Numbered from the stretch's first letter, positions 38,597 through 48,126 are shown. The stretch: DNA of 64,000 bases from Dehalococcoidia bacterium (GCA_963579135.1 CAUZFB010000001.1:51548-115547), one strand, 5' to 3'. Notes: a model not told the origin generated them from the letters alone. A program made the numbers and translations.

Positions 38597-39406
38597 TTAG
38601 TACTTGCCTTGGCTGGCCCAGGCAGCGCCGTCGACAGGAAGGCCGATGCCGCTGATGAATCCTGCTTCGTCGGAGTGGAGGAAGAGGGCCGCGTAGGCGA
38701 CGTCCCAGGCCGTGCCCATGCGGTTGCCGAGGGGGACACGGGCGTTGCGCATGGCGATAAGCTCTTCGCGTGGCATGCCTGCGGCGACGCGGGCTTCGAT
38801 GGCCATGGGTGTGTTCATGAGGCCGGGGAGGATGGCGTTGACTCGAACGCCGCCGTCGGCGTGAGCCATAGCGAGGTTCTGGGTGAGGGCGATGACGGCG
38901 GTCTTCATGGTCTTGTAGCCGATGTAGGGGTAGGCCTCAAGGACGGCGAGCGATGAAATGTTGACGATGGAGCCGCCCCCCTGCCCTCGCATGATGGGGA
39001 TGGCGTGTTTGCAGGCCATCCAGTGGCTCTTGAGGTTCACGGCGAAGCTGCGGTCGAAGGCTTCCTCTGTCATATCGACGGCTACAGCGTCCCCGAGGGC
39101 AACGCTGGCGCCGACGTTGTTGTGGAGGATGTCGAGGGAGCCGTAACGGCTCGCGATGTCGGTGATGAGCGCCTTCACAGAGATCTCGTCGGTGGCGTCA
39201 ATCTGCACGGCGGCGGAGTCGTTTCCTTCTATACTGATGAGATCGACGGTATCCTGTGCTGACTCGAGGTCACGATCGGCGACGATGACGCGGGCGCCTT
39301 CTCGTGCGAGTGCGATGGCGGTGGCCCTGCCGTTGCCGATGGTTTCGCCGGGGGTCTGCCCGCCGCCTACGATGATCGCGACCTTGCCTTCAACGCGTCC
39401 TGCCAT
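38597..39406 (-). CDS. SDR family oxidoreductase
   Basis: GKVAIIVGGGQTPGETIGNG, NNVG, and a Y..K catalytic pair. The start was trimmed to the ATG at 39406 because the long upstream ORF extension runs through a repeat. Confidence 0.85.
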   Translation of the reverse strand: MAGRVEGKVAIIVGGGQTPGETIGNGRATAIALAREGARVIVADRDLESAQDTVDLISIEGNDSAAVQIDATDEISVKALITDIASRYGSLDILHNNVGASVALGDAVAVDMTEEAFDRSFAVNLKSHWMACKHAIPIMRGQGGGSIVNISSLAVLEAYPYIGYKTMKTAVIALTQNLAMAHADGGVRVNAILPGLMNTPMAIEARVAAGMPREELIAMRNARVPLGNRMGTAWDVAYAALFLHSDEAGFISGIGLPVDGAAWASQGKY

Positions 39407-39578
39407 GATGTTTGTCTCCGTGGGGCTTGGTTGGGGAAAGGATAAAAGATTGCGGGCCGCTGTGGGTGGGTGGTGGCGGCGGACGTGGGTCGCCGGGCTG
39501 TTAGACGCTCGCCAGCTCTGGGCTGGGGGAGAGACAGGACGGTCGTGGTTGAATCTTATGGCCTGGACCCCCCCCCCC

Positions 39579-39755
39579 GGGCTCGGTGGAGGCCCGGTTG
39601 TGGATGAGATCGGTGCGAGCCCTCGGATCTCTTGGACTTCGCCCGCTGGGACTAAGGGTCGCTCGGCACTCCGGAAATTGGGAAGGGTGAGAGGTCCCTT
39701 CGCGTGACTTAAGGGCACGCTCTTCGACTAAGCTGCGCTCAGGAAAGAGGGGCGG
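39579..39755 (+). repeat. copy B of the dispersed mosaic repeat family (full length)
   Basis: GGGCTCGGTGGAGGCCCGGTTGTGGATG...GCGAGCCCTCGGATCTC...TCGCTCGGCACTCCGG...GGGAAGGGTGAGAGGTCCCTTCG...GCTGCGCTCAGGAAAGAGGGG. Confidence 0.75.
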
Positions 39756-39791
39756 CGTGCCGGGCGCGAAGTGTCGATGGTACGCGTCAGT

Positions 39792-40571
39792 TCAGTACTT
39801 GTGGATGAAGTCGAGGACCATGCGGTTCCAGGTCTCCGGCTGCTCCCAATGAGCGGCGTGCCCGGCTTCTGGTACGAGGGCGAACTTGCTGTTGGGGATG
39901 CGGCTAGCCATGGTCTGGATCATGGGCGGTGCGGCGTAGAGATCAGCTCCGCTGGCCAGTATGAGGGTTGGTGTCTCTATGGTTTCGAGGAGATTGAGCG
40001 TGAAGTCGTTGCGCATCTTCTCACGCTGGGCTGTGGCGTGCCGGCTGGCCTCCTCGATCTGGACCCAGCGGTCAACGCCAGCCGAGTGCGCCGTACGGTA
40101 GCTCGGCCCAAGCTCGCGGAACCATGCCGGCAGCGATTGAAACTCAGGAATCGTTTCGTATCTGCTTCCGCTGCGCGCGTATTCCGGATCCCGACGCAGG
40201 ATGCCGCCGCCCCAATGAGAGATAACCAGGCTGCGGAGGGCCTCTGGATACGTCAATGTGTAGTCGAGCGCTGCCGAACCTCCCGCGGCGGTGCTTACGA
40301 GGTGTAGGCAGGCGAGGCCAAGGTGGTGGACAAGGGAGTGAAGGTCATCGGCGGCGTAGGTGGTCAGCTGCTCCGCTGAGGTACTTTTGGACTGGCCCCA
40401 GCCTCGACGATCGTAGGTGATACAGCGATAGCCAGCCTGAGTGAAGGCGGGGAGTTGCTGCTCCCATGCTTGGGTGTTGCCGGAGGTGGCGTGCAGGAAG
40501 ACGACGGGTGTGTTGTTGCCGCCAGTGTCCTGGTACCAAAGGTCTGCGCCGGGAAGGTGTAGGTGGGGCAT
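39792..40571 (-). CDS. alpha/beta hydrolase
   Basis: VVFLHATSGNTQAWEQQLP...; a nucleophile elbow region; ..GHAAHWEQPE.. near the C-terminus. Confidence 0.85.
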   Translation of the reverse strand: MPHLHLPGADLWYQDTGGNNTPVVFLHATSGNTQAWEQQLPAFTQAGYRCITYDRRGWGQSKSTSAEQLTTYAADDLHSLVHHLGLACLHLVSTAAGGSAALDYTLTYPEALRSLVISHWGGGILRRDPEYARSGSRYETIPEFQSLPAWFRELGPSYRTAHSAGVDRWVQIEEASRHATAQREKMRNDFTLNLLETIETPTLILASGADLYAAPPMIQTMASRIPNSKFALVPEAGHAAHWEQPETWNRMVLDFIHKY

Positions 40572-40778
40572 GTTGGCTTTCGGAGAGGGGGGTAGGGAAC
40601 GTTAAGGCGAACGGACTTGCAAGAACACTTCGCATCGTATCGTGTCATACGTGCCAAATCGTGCCATTACCAAGTTCTGGTATATTTCCGGCGCCCGGCC
40701 GATATAGATGCTATTAGAGACGTTGAGCAGCATTTGCCGCCGCTCGCATCAAAGGATACGCACCTGCTGATGATCTGA

Positions 40779-40913
40779 TTGGGGACCTTCACTCTTATCG
40801 CAATAGCCATCCTTCTATCGGCGGGTTCTACATCTGCCACGGCCGACGCAGGTGTCTCCATCGCAAGCTCTCACGCCTGCGGCTTGACCGCGACCGGCGG
40901 CGTGCAGTGTTAG
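40779..40913 (+). pseudogene. 44-codon remnant: signal peptide plus the first RCC1-like blade, then a stop
   Basis: TTG-initiated MGTFTLIAIAILLSAGSTSATADAGVSIASSHACGLTATGGVQC*. The SxHxCxLTxxGxVxC text resembles an RCC1/ATS1 repeat. Too short to appear in the ORF track. Confidence 0.35.
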
Positions 40914-40950
40914 TGTGATTCGAGTCGATTGCGGGTACATTAAGCCAGTG

Positions 40951-43128
40951 ATGGCTAATTCGAGTACCAAGGCAATAATCGATTCCCACGTTGCAACGAT
41001 TGCAGCGGAGCTGGGCGTGCGCGCCGGGCAGGTGCGGGCAACGGTGGAGATGCTGGATGGCGGGGCGACGATGCCGTTCATCGCTCGCTATCGCAAGGAA
41101 GCGACGGGCGAGCTAGACGAGGTGGCGGTGGGGTCGGTACGGGACAGGATCGCCCAATTACGCGAACTGGATGAGCGTTGTCAGGCGATAGTGGCGTCGC
41201 TGGAGGAGCGAGGGCTGCTCACGGATGAACTGTGCGAGCAGCTCATGGCGGCGCGGTCGATGGCGAAGCTTGAGGACGTGTACCTACCGTTCCGGCCAAA
41301 GCGCCGGACGAGGGCGACAATCGCGCGGGAGCGCGGGCTGGAGCCCCTGTCGGAGTTACTGTGGGCACAGGAGCCGGGCACGGATGTAAACGCTGCGGCG
41401 CGGGCGTACGTGGATCCTGAGAATCGAGTGGCGGACGAGGCGGCTGCGCTGGCGGGGGCGCGCGACATCATGGCAGAGTGGGTGAGTGAGGATGCGTGGG
41501 CCCGAGCGACGTCGCGCGATCTGTTCGCGCGACGGGGTCTGCTCCGCTCGCAGGTGGCGAAGGGCAAGCAGGAGGAGGGGGCAAAGTTTCGCGATTACTT
41601 TGACGCCGAAGAGCTTGCGTGGAAGGCCCCGTCACACCGGGTGCTTGCGATGTTCCGCGGGGAACAAGAGGGCATGCTCTCGGTGCAGTTGGAACCGTCA
41701 GAGGCGGAGGTGGTCGAAGCGCTGGGTCGGCATTTTCTGGTGGAGGGCGCCGGCGGCCCGGACGCGAATGAGGCGTCGGGACAGGTGGAGACGGCGCTGA
41801 TGGATGGCTACAAGCGGTTGCTGGGGCCGTCGATGGAGACGGAGATGCGGAACGCGCTGAAGGAGCGCGCGGATGCGACGGCGATAGCGGTGTTCGCGGA
41901 GAACCTGCGCAAGCTGTTGCTGGCGGCGCCGCTGGGCCAGAAGGCGATCCTGGCGATTGACCCGGGGTTTCGGACGGGGTGCAAGGTGGTTTGCCTTAAT
42001 CGGCAAGGGGCGCTGCTGCACTCGGACACGGTGTACCTGCACCTGGGTGCGGAGCGCGAGGCGATAGAGGCCCAAAAGATCGTTGAGATGGCGAAGCGCT
42101 ACAAGATCCAGGCGATCGCGATCGGCAATGGGACGGCGGGGCGCGAGACCGAGGCTGTGGTACGCAAGCTCAAGTTCCAGTCACCCGTGGCGATCGTGAT
42201 GGTCAACGAGAGCGGAGCGTCGGTGTACTCAGCGTCGGCGGTGGCACGCGAGGAGTTCCCAGATCACGATCTGACGGTACGCGGCGCGGTGTCGATTGGG
42301 AGGCGTTTGATGGACCCGCTGGCGGAGCTGGTAAAGATTGATGCGAAGGCAATCGGCGTGGGGCAATACCAACACGATGTTGACCAGACGGCGCTGGTAC
42401 AGCGCCTGCACGACGTGGTGGTGAGCTGCGTGAATCTGGTAGGCGTCGATCTGAATACGGCAAGCCCGAAGCTGCTGGCGTTCGTGTCCGGTCTGGGGCC
42501 CTCGCTGGCGAAGTCGATTGTGCAATACCGTGACAAGCAGGGCGCGTTCAAGTCGCGCGCTGATCTCCTGCAGGTGCCGCGCTTGGGGCCGAAGGCGTAC
42601 GAGCAAGCGGCGGGGTTTCTCCGTATACCAGGGAGAGCGAATCCGCTCGATTGCAGCGGTGTGCACCCGGAGAGCTATGGAGTGGTGCGTCAGATGGCGA
42701 AGGACCTAGGGTGCGACGTGTCGCAGCTGATGAGCGACGAGGACTCACGGACGCTGGTGGACGTTGCGGACTACGTCACAGAGTCGGTGGGCCTGCCAAC
42801 GCTGGCGGACATCATGGCTGAGCTTGCGAAACCCGGTCGCGATCCACGCGATGCGTTCGCAGCCTTCAGCTTTTCAAACGAGGTGCACTCGATCGAGGAC
42901 CTGCGGCAGGGGATGGAACTCCCTGGCGTAGTGACGAACGTTACGGCGTTCGGCGCGTTCGTGGATGTGGGAGTGCACGGCGATGGGCTGGTGCACATCA
43001 GCAGGCTGGCGAACCGATTCGTGAGCGACCCGAACGACGTTGTGTCAGTGGGCCAGCAGGTATCGGTGACAGTGTTGGAGATCGACCTGGAACGCAGGCG
43101 AGTGTCGCTGTCGATGGTGGGCGTTTAA
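40951..43128 (+). CDS. tex: Tex-like transcription accessory protein (S1 RNA-binding domain)
   Basis: ATMPFIARYRKEATG, a YqgF/RNase H-like core, HhH motifs and a C-terminal S1 domain (GVVTNVTAFGAFVDVG). Confidence 0.9.
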   Translation: MANSSTKAIIDSHVATIAAELGVRAGQVRATVEMLDGGATMPFIARYRKEATGELDEVAVGSVRDRIAQLRELDERCQAIVASLEERGLLTDELCEQLMAARSMAKLEDVYLPFRPKRRTRATIARERGLEPLSELLWAQEPGTDVNAAARAYVDPENRVADEAAALAGARDIMAEWVSEDAWARATSRDLFARRGLLRSQVAKGKQEEGAKFRDYFDAEELAWKAPSHRVLAMFRGEQEGMLSVQLEPSEAEVVEALGRHFLVEGAGGPDANEASGQVETALMDGYKRLLGPSMETEMRNALKERADATAIAVFAENLRKLLLAAPLGQKAILAIDPGFRTGCKVVCLNRQGALLHSDTVYLHLGAEREAIEAQKIVEMAKRYKIQAIAIGNGTAGRETEAVVRKLKFQSPVAIVMVNESGASVYSASAVAREEFPDHDLTVRGAVSIGRRLMDPLAELVKIDAKAIGVGQYQHDVDQTALVQRLHDVVVSCVNLVGVDLNTASPKLLAFVSGLGPSLAKSIVQYRDKQGAFKSRADLLQVPRLGPKAYEQAAGFLRIPGRANPLDCSGVHPESYGVVRQMAKDLGCDVSQLMSDEDSRTLVDVADYVTESVGLPTLADIMAELAKPGRDPRDAFAAFSFSNEVHSIEDLRQGMELPGVVTNVTAFGAFVDVGVHGDGLVHISRLANRFVSDPNDVVSVGQQVSVTVLEIDLERRRVSLSMVGV

Positions 43129-43516
43129 GCGGAGTTCCGGGGGACGTGGGACAAAGAGAAGGCAGATGGATGTTGGTTTCGCCCCGGCTGTTTAAGTTAT
43201 TCAGTTCCCTGCTAGCCGTTGGCTCCGTTCCTACCGGGGGTCGTACCCGGATGGCGCGCCCTCAGTTGAGAGGTTCTTGCTTGCGTGTAGGTCGTTTTCA
43301 CGGAGCTTCCGAGGGTTTCCTGTTGCCCGATCGCTCGATGCTCATGCGCACCGGAGGCGGGCTGCCAGCGGATAGTCCCACTGGTGGTTCAGGATGTCTA
43401 TTTTTTCCCTGACCATATGGCGCCTCCTAACACTTCTGGGTCTTCGTACTGTCGTGGGAGGGTACTCCGGCTCCCTTGCGACAGAAGGCGCTTACGTAAG
43501 GGTCACATAGGCTCTG

Positions 43517-44320
43517 CTACTTGGTGAGGACGGCGACGACGGGGACGAGGAGGCCTCGCTGGGCAGAGGCGAGGACGTTTTTCATGAGGACGCCAAAGTC
43601 GGGGAAACGCATGATGACGCTGAAGTTGAGACTGGGGCTGGAAAAGGTGGGGGGCCGGGACGGGCCAGCACGTGATTCTTCCCAGGCAGTGATGGTGAAC
43701 CCCGCGTCAGTGGTGGTTCTCTGGAAATCGGCGGAAGTGACGAGGAAGTCGATGTCGGCAGAGGGTGCCCAGGGAACGGGGTAGTCGCGCGCACCGGGGT
43801 TGTCCTCCATGACAGCCTGCATCACGAGCGTGCCGCCAGGCTTCAGGATGCGGTGGGCCTCCTTGAGTGCGGCGGCCTTGTCCTCGATGTTCATGAGGAC
43901 GTTCTGGCTCCAGACGACGTCGAATGCGTCGCCGTCGAGCCCGGTGGTGGCGATGTCACCAACAGCGCAGGAGACCTTGTCGGCCAGGCCCAAGAGGACA
44001 TTAAGGGGGCCAGCCGCTTCGATAAAGTCATCGGCGAGATCCATGCCGACGACGTTGCAGCCGTAGGTCTTGGCGAGGAAGCGGGCTGGCCCGCCGATGC
44101 CACACCCCGCGTCGAAAACTTGCGAATCCGAGTTGATCTCGCTGCGTTCGGCGAGGGCTTTGGTGGCAGGTAAGCCACCGGTGTGGAACTGGTCGATGGG
44201 CGCGAGGTCTTCGATGGTGGCGGTCGCTGGGTCGATGTCAGCTTGGCGGAGCGCGGTGAGGATACGGCGGTAGATATCGTCGTGCCCGTAGTGCGCTTTG
44301 ATTTCGGGGCTGAGGTCCAC
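43517..44320 (-). CDS. class I SAM-dependent methyltransferase
   Basis: VFDAGCGIGGPARFLA and LKPGGTLV. The start was trimmed to the GTG at 44320 to avoid overlap with the upstream gene. Confidence 0.75.
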   Translation of the reverse strand: MDLSPEIKAHYGHDDIYRRILTALRQADIDPATATIEDLAPIDQFHTGGLPATKALAERSEINSDSQVFDAGCGIGGPARFLAKTYGCNVVGMDLADDFIEAAGPLNVLLGLADKVSCAVGDIATTGLDGDAFDVVWSQNVLMNIEDKAAALKEAHRILKPGGTLVMQAVMEDNPGARDYPVPWAPSADIDFLVTSADFQRTTTDAGFTITAWEESRAGPSRPPTFSSPSLNFSVIMRFPDFGVLMKNVLASAQRGLLVPVVAVLTK

Positions 44321-44417
44321 CGCTGTTCCTTTGCCACTTAGATAGCCACTGACAGGAGGCGGGCGCCGGATAGTTTTCGGCGCCCGCTCTCGTGATGATT
44401 CGCGCTTCCAGGCGACG

Positions 44418-45359
44418 CTAGCTGAGGCCATGCGTGCTAGGGGCGAAGAGGTCATCGATGGACGGAATGGCGCTGATGACGCCTTGGTCGAGAGAGTACT
44501 CAGCGATCATCTCGAGGGCTTTGCGGTTGGACTCGATGCCGATGGGCAGCGGGTCGCCTCCAACGATGTCGGCGTTGCGCTTGTCAGCCTCTTCGTCACG
44601 CGCCTGGGGGCCCTGCGCGGCGAGGCGTTGGAGGTAGAGGGATTTGGATTGCTTGTAGGCGGCGAAGAACGATTCGGCGATATCAGGGTTCGCTGCGAGG
44701 ACTTCGTCACGCATGACGATGCAGTTGTTGATGGGGAAGACGCTGGTTTTCGCGAACCAATCGGCGGTGGCCTGTTTGGCGTTGGCAATGAGGGGCTTGA
44801 CGTCGGGTGAATTCACGTCCTGGACGCCGATGCCAGCGTCGATCTCACCGGAGGTGATGAGATCCGGGAGCTTGTCGCCCTTGCGGGATACAGTGTTGGA
44901 GGGATTGGGGATCTCGTCGAGGTGCTCGATGTCGGTGAGAACCCAGGTGACCTTGGTGTGATCGACGCCGTACTCGGATGCGAGCAGGCCACGTGCCCAG
45001 ACGCCCGCGGTGCCTGCGTAGGCGCGGACTCCGATCTTCTTGCCTTCGAGGTCTTTGGGCATGGCGACGCCTGAGTTGACGTTGTAGGTGACGGCGCCCT
45101 GAGGAAAGGCGCGCATGGGAAAGATGGGGATGGCTGTGAAGGCTTGTCCCAGCTCTTTCAGCTGGAGGTAGGTGACGATGGCCATCTCGGAGATGTCGAA
45201 TTCGAGATCCTGGATCATGCGGTCGAAGAGCTTTGGCATGGGGGAAACTTCGACGATCTCAAGGGTGGCGCCCTGGAGCTTGACGATGCCTTCCTTGAGG
45301 GCAGCGTACTGTGACCGGGCTACGATGCCGAGCTTGATAGTTCTGTGAGCGGTGGTCAT
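44418..45359 (-). CDS. periplasmic-binding-protein-fold protein (NMT1/PhnD-like), cytoplasmic (no signal peptide)
   Basis: 313 aa with SBP-like alternation (DLEGKKIGVRAYAGTAGVWARGLL). Precise function not assignable by eye. Confidence 0.5.
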   Translation of the reverse strand: MTTAHRTIKLGIVARSQYAALKEGIVKLQGATLEIVEVSPMPKLFDRMIQDLEFDISEMAIVTYLQLKELGQAFTAIPIFPMRAFPQGAVTYNVNSGVAMPKDLEGKKIGVRAYAGTAGVWARGLLASEYGVDHTKVTWVLTDIEHLDEIPNPSNTVSRKGDKLPDLITSGEIDAGIGVQDVNSPDVKPLIANAKQATADWFAKTSVFPINNCIVMRDEVLAANPDIAESFFAAYKQSKSLYLQRLAAQGPQARDEEADKRNADIVGGDPLPIGIESNRKALEMIAEYSLDQGVISAIPSIDDLFAPSTHGLS

Positions 45360-45557
45360 GACGTTTGCCTCTCAGATGTCGATGCATTGCTAAGCTGCAA
45401 GGCATTATCTACGGATTTGGCCACCGGGCCAACGGGCGCTTGCCGTGGGGGGTGGGTCTTGCTGCGCGGTGGGTTTGACTTATCATCGTGCGGAGGCGCG
45501 GTGCGCCGAAGTCCGGCGGTTGCACGAGCAATCGCACGTCAAAGGAGATCAAGCGCT

Positions 45558-46751
45558 ATGGCGAACCCAAAGGAAGTTGTGATCATCAATGGCATGAGGA
45601 CGCCCGTGGGCCGGTTCGGCGGGGCGTTCAAGGATATGCGTACATCTGATCTCGGGGCAATCGCCATCAGGGCGGCGCTGGAGCGTTCAGGGGTGTCTCC
45701 AGAGGCGGTTGATGAGGTCATCATGGGCAATGTGCTGCAGGCGGCTGAGACAGGCTACACGGCTCGTCGAGCGATGCTCGCAGCGGGTATTCCGGATCAC
45801 GTGCCGGCGATGACAATCAATCGGGCGTGCTCGTCAGGGCTGGAGTCGATTAATCTAGCGGTGCAGGCCATCCTGACGGGGGAGTCCGAGGTGGTGGTCG
45901 CTGGCGGCATGGACAGCATGAGCCAGGCGCCGTACCTGATGACGGGCAATCGCTTCGAAGGTCCGCGCATGGGCGATGTGACGATGACCGACAGCTTGGT
46001 GATGGGCCTGAGCTGTCCTATCTACGACTATCACATGGGCGTGACGGCGGAGAACGTGGCGGAGCGCTTTGAGGTCACGCGGGCGTCGCAAGACGAGCTT
46101 GCGGTGATGAGCCACGAGCGCGCCGTGGCCGCGCAAGAGGCAGGTTATTTCGATTCGCAGATCGCGCCGGTCTCCGTACCGCAACGCCGAGGCGATGCGA
46201 TGGTAGTGACCCGCGATGAGCACCCGAGGCCGGGCACGACCATGGAGGGGTTGGCCAAGCTGAAGCCGGTGTTCAAGGACGGCGGTACGGTGACGGCTGG
46301 TAACTCGGCTGGCATCAACGATGCTGCCGCTGCGGTGGTGGTGATGTCGGCAGAGCGCGCCGCTGCGGAGGGCCTGACGCCACGGTTGCGCTGGGTGGGC
46401 CGCGGTGTTTCGGGCGTAGATCCATCGATCATGGGCATCGGGCCGGTGCCGTCGACCCGCAAGGTGCTGGAGAAGACGGGTATGTCCATCAATGATCTGG
46501 ATCAGATTGAGCTGAACGAGGCGTTCGCTTCGCAGGCGCTGTATGTGATCCGCGAGCTAGGAATGGACATAGAGAAGACGAATGTGAATGGGTCGGGTAT
46601 CTCGTTGGGTCATCCCGTTGGCGCGACGGGGGCGATTATGACGGTGAAGCTGATGGAGGAGTTGACCCGCCGCGATCAGCAGCATGGGTTGGTGACGATG
46701 TGCGTGGGCGGCGGCCAAGGAGTTTCCACTATCTTCGAGCGCATCAACTAG
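45558..46751 (+). CDS. acetyl-CoA C-acetyltransferase (thiolase II)
   Basis: INRACSSGLESI (Cys nucleophile), NGSGISLGHPVGATG, CVGGGQG. The start was trimmed to MANPKEVVII with an AAAGGAG SD. Confidence 0.92.
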   Translation: MANPKEVVIINGMRTPVGRFGGAFKDMRTSDLGAIAIRAALERSGVSPEAVDEVIMGNVLQAAETGYTARRAMLAAGIPDHVPAMTINRACSSGLESINLAVQAILTGESEVVVAGGMDSMSQAPYLMTGNRFEGPRMGDVTMTDSLVMGLSCPIYDYHMGVTAENVAERFEVTRASQDELAVMSHERAVAAQEAGYFDSQIAPVSVPQRRGDAMVVTRDEHPRPGTTMEGLAKLKPVFKDGGTVTAGNSAGINDAAAAVVVMSAERAAAEGLTPRLRWVGRGVSGVDPSIMGIGPVPSTRKVLEKTGMSINDLDQIELNEAFASQALYVIRELGMDIEKTNVNGSGISLGHPVGATGAIMTVKLMEELTRRDQQHGLVTMCVGGGQGVSTIFERIN

Positions 46752-46809
46752 CAAGGCGCGCCCTGCACCCACGTGCGACGTTCGGCGGGGACGGCTGACG
46801 AGAGTGTCG

Positions 46810-47066
46810 GGGTTCTACGCGCGGACGTTCGAGGGGCATGATGCGGAGGGCGGGGAAGAGGGGCTGGCTCAATGGGTGTTAAGCCTTCAGAGTGCCTCGT
46901 GATCGAGGACCGCTACGAGGGCGTGAGCGCGGCTCTAGCGGCAGGGATGCTGGCGCTGGCCTACACGCCGAACGGGGATGTCGACAAGCTCAGGTCGCTG
47001 GGTGTGGGGCTGATCAATCATCACGACCGATTACCTGAGACGGTGGGGTCCTTGCGGATCTGCTAG
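46810..47066 (+). pseudogene. HAD-IA hydrolase C-terminal remnant
   Basis: Only the last 60 aa or so of a HAD fold are present (GVKPSECLVIEDRYEGVSAALAAGMLAL). Upstream HAD-like text lies in a different frame, and the N-terminal DxD motif region is absent. Confidence 0.5.
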
Positions 47067-47134
47067 GAGAGAACCCTCTCCTCAGTCCTTAATTCTTTCC
47101 CTCAGGAGAGGAGGGCCGAGCGGGAACCGTGGCG

Positions 47135-47225
47135 GGGGATGTGAGATCTTGCCTTCGAGCGGAACATCGGCAACGCCGAAGGGTTCTTCGGCTCCGCTAG
47201 CGCTTCGCTCAAGAAGCAGGGAGAT
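47135..47225 (+). repeat. copy F (diverged) of the dispersed mosaic repeat family
   Basis: ..GCCTTCGAGCGG...GGGTTCTTCGGCTCCGCTAGCGCTTCGCTCAAGAAGCAGGGAG aligns loosely with the Y module. Confidence 0.4.
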
Positions 47226-47323
47226 TCTTCACGGACGTCGTCTCGTGTCGGAATGACGTTAGGAGCGGCTTCGCGGTTCCGGCGGCTTTCATCCGCTCGT
47301 ACATACTGGCGCTCTACTAAAGC

Positions 47324-48121
47324 TTAGAGAGCGAAGGTGCGCTCGGCGGTGCTAGGGAGTACCGCAGCTTGCTGATTTGTGCTGTAGCGGCTTAGGTAGG
47401 CCTTGAGGTACGAGAAGACGTTGGAGTAGCCCTCGCGCCTGGCCGAGAGCGGCCAGTCGGTAGCGAGCATGAGACGGTGGGCGCCGAAGGTTTGCATGGC
47501 GCGGTCGATGTGGTCCGGCGCTTGCTCGACGTCGAACGTGGGGTTTCGGAGGGGGGAGGGGCGCGGTATGAGCTCCCCCAGGCCGTGAATTTTCATGGTG
47601 ACGTTGGGGAAGCGAGCGAACTCCAGCAGTTTTTCATAAGCCTCCTCCTGCTGATCCTCACGCAGGCGCAGGAATCCATAGTGCTCGAGGATGAGCTGTA
47701 GATCCGGTAGCTCTTCGATAAGCGCTTGGAAGGACGGCGCGCTTATTTCGAGGGCGTTCGATGGGCTGCTGACGGGCATGCCGAGCTCGGCAGCCTTGCG
47801 CCAGAGTGCCACCGGGTCACTGCGATTGGCGACGAACGCAGCACCTGGCGGGGCGAACAGGCGCACGGAACCGACACCTCGAGCGTGCCAGGCAGCCAGC
47901 GTTTCAGGGGCATCAGGCAACGTGGGATCCACCATGCCCATGACGGCGAAACGGCCTAAGTGCTGTTCAGCACATGCAAGCAGATATGAGTTGTCGTACT
48001 CGCCTCCGTGCTGGACGAGGACGGCTTTGTCGACGCCGTAGGTGTCCATCTGGAAGAGCAGCATTTCGACCGGTTCGAGCCAGGAGAGGGACGCGTGGCA
48101 GTGGGCATCGACGATGGCCAT
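47324..48121 (-). CDS. amidohydrolase-2 family metal-dependent hydrolase (TIM barrel)
   Basis: MAIVDAHCH..., ..LATDWP.. motifs. Confidence 0.75.
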   Translation of the reverse strand: MAIVDAHCHASLSWLEPVEMLLFQMDTYGVDKAVLVQHGGEYDNSYLLACAEQHLGRFAVMGMVDPTLPDAPETLAAWHARGVGSVRLFAPPGAAFVANRSDPVALWRKAAELGMPVSSPSNALEISAPSFQALIEELPDLQLILEHYGFLRLREDQQEEAYEKLLEFARFPNVTMKIHGLGELIPRPSPLRNPTFDVEQAPDHIDRAMQTFGAHRLMLATDWPLSARREGYSNVFSYLKAYLSRYSTNQQAAVLPSTAERTFAL

Positions 48122-48126
48122 GACGC

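Noticed and set aside
38597-39718. Long N-terminal extensions of several track ORFs (38597..39718, 45345..46751, 49720..50595, 57935..59560, 59574..60491, 43517..44455, 8313..9014, 8905..9888).
   Set aside because: The extensions run through repeats or neighbouring genes and have no family-like sequence. Internal starts with Shine-Dalgarno sequences coincide with the canonical N-termini of the families, so the starts were trimmed.
43207-43249. SRP (4.5S) RNA domain IV-like string on the minus strand (CCGGGTACGACCCCCGGTAGGAACGGAGCCAACGG versus E. coli CCAGGUCAGGUCCGGAAGGAAGCAGCCAAGG).
   Set aside because: The tetraloop would be GGUA (not GNRA), the conserved 5'-side AGG/UCAGG positions do not match, and I could not draw the flanking long helix. 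The similarity is probably chance in G/C-rich sequence.
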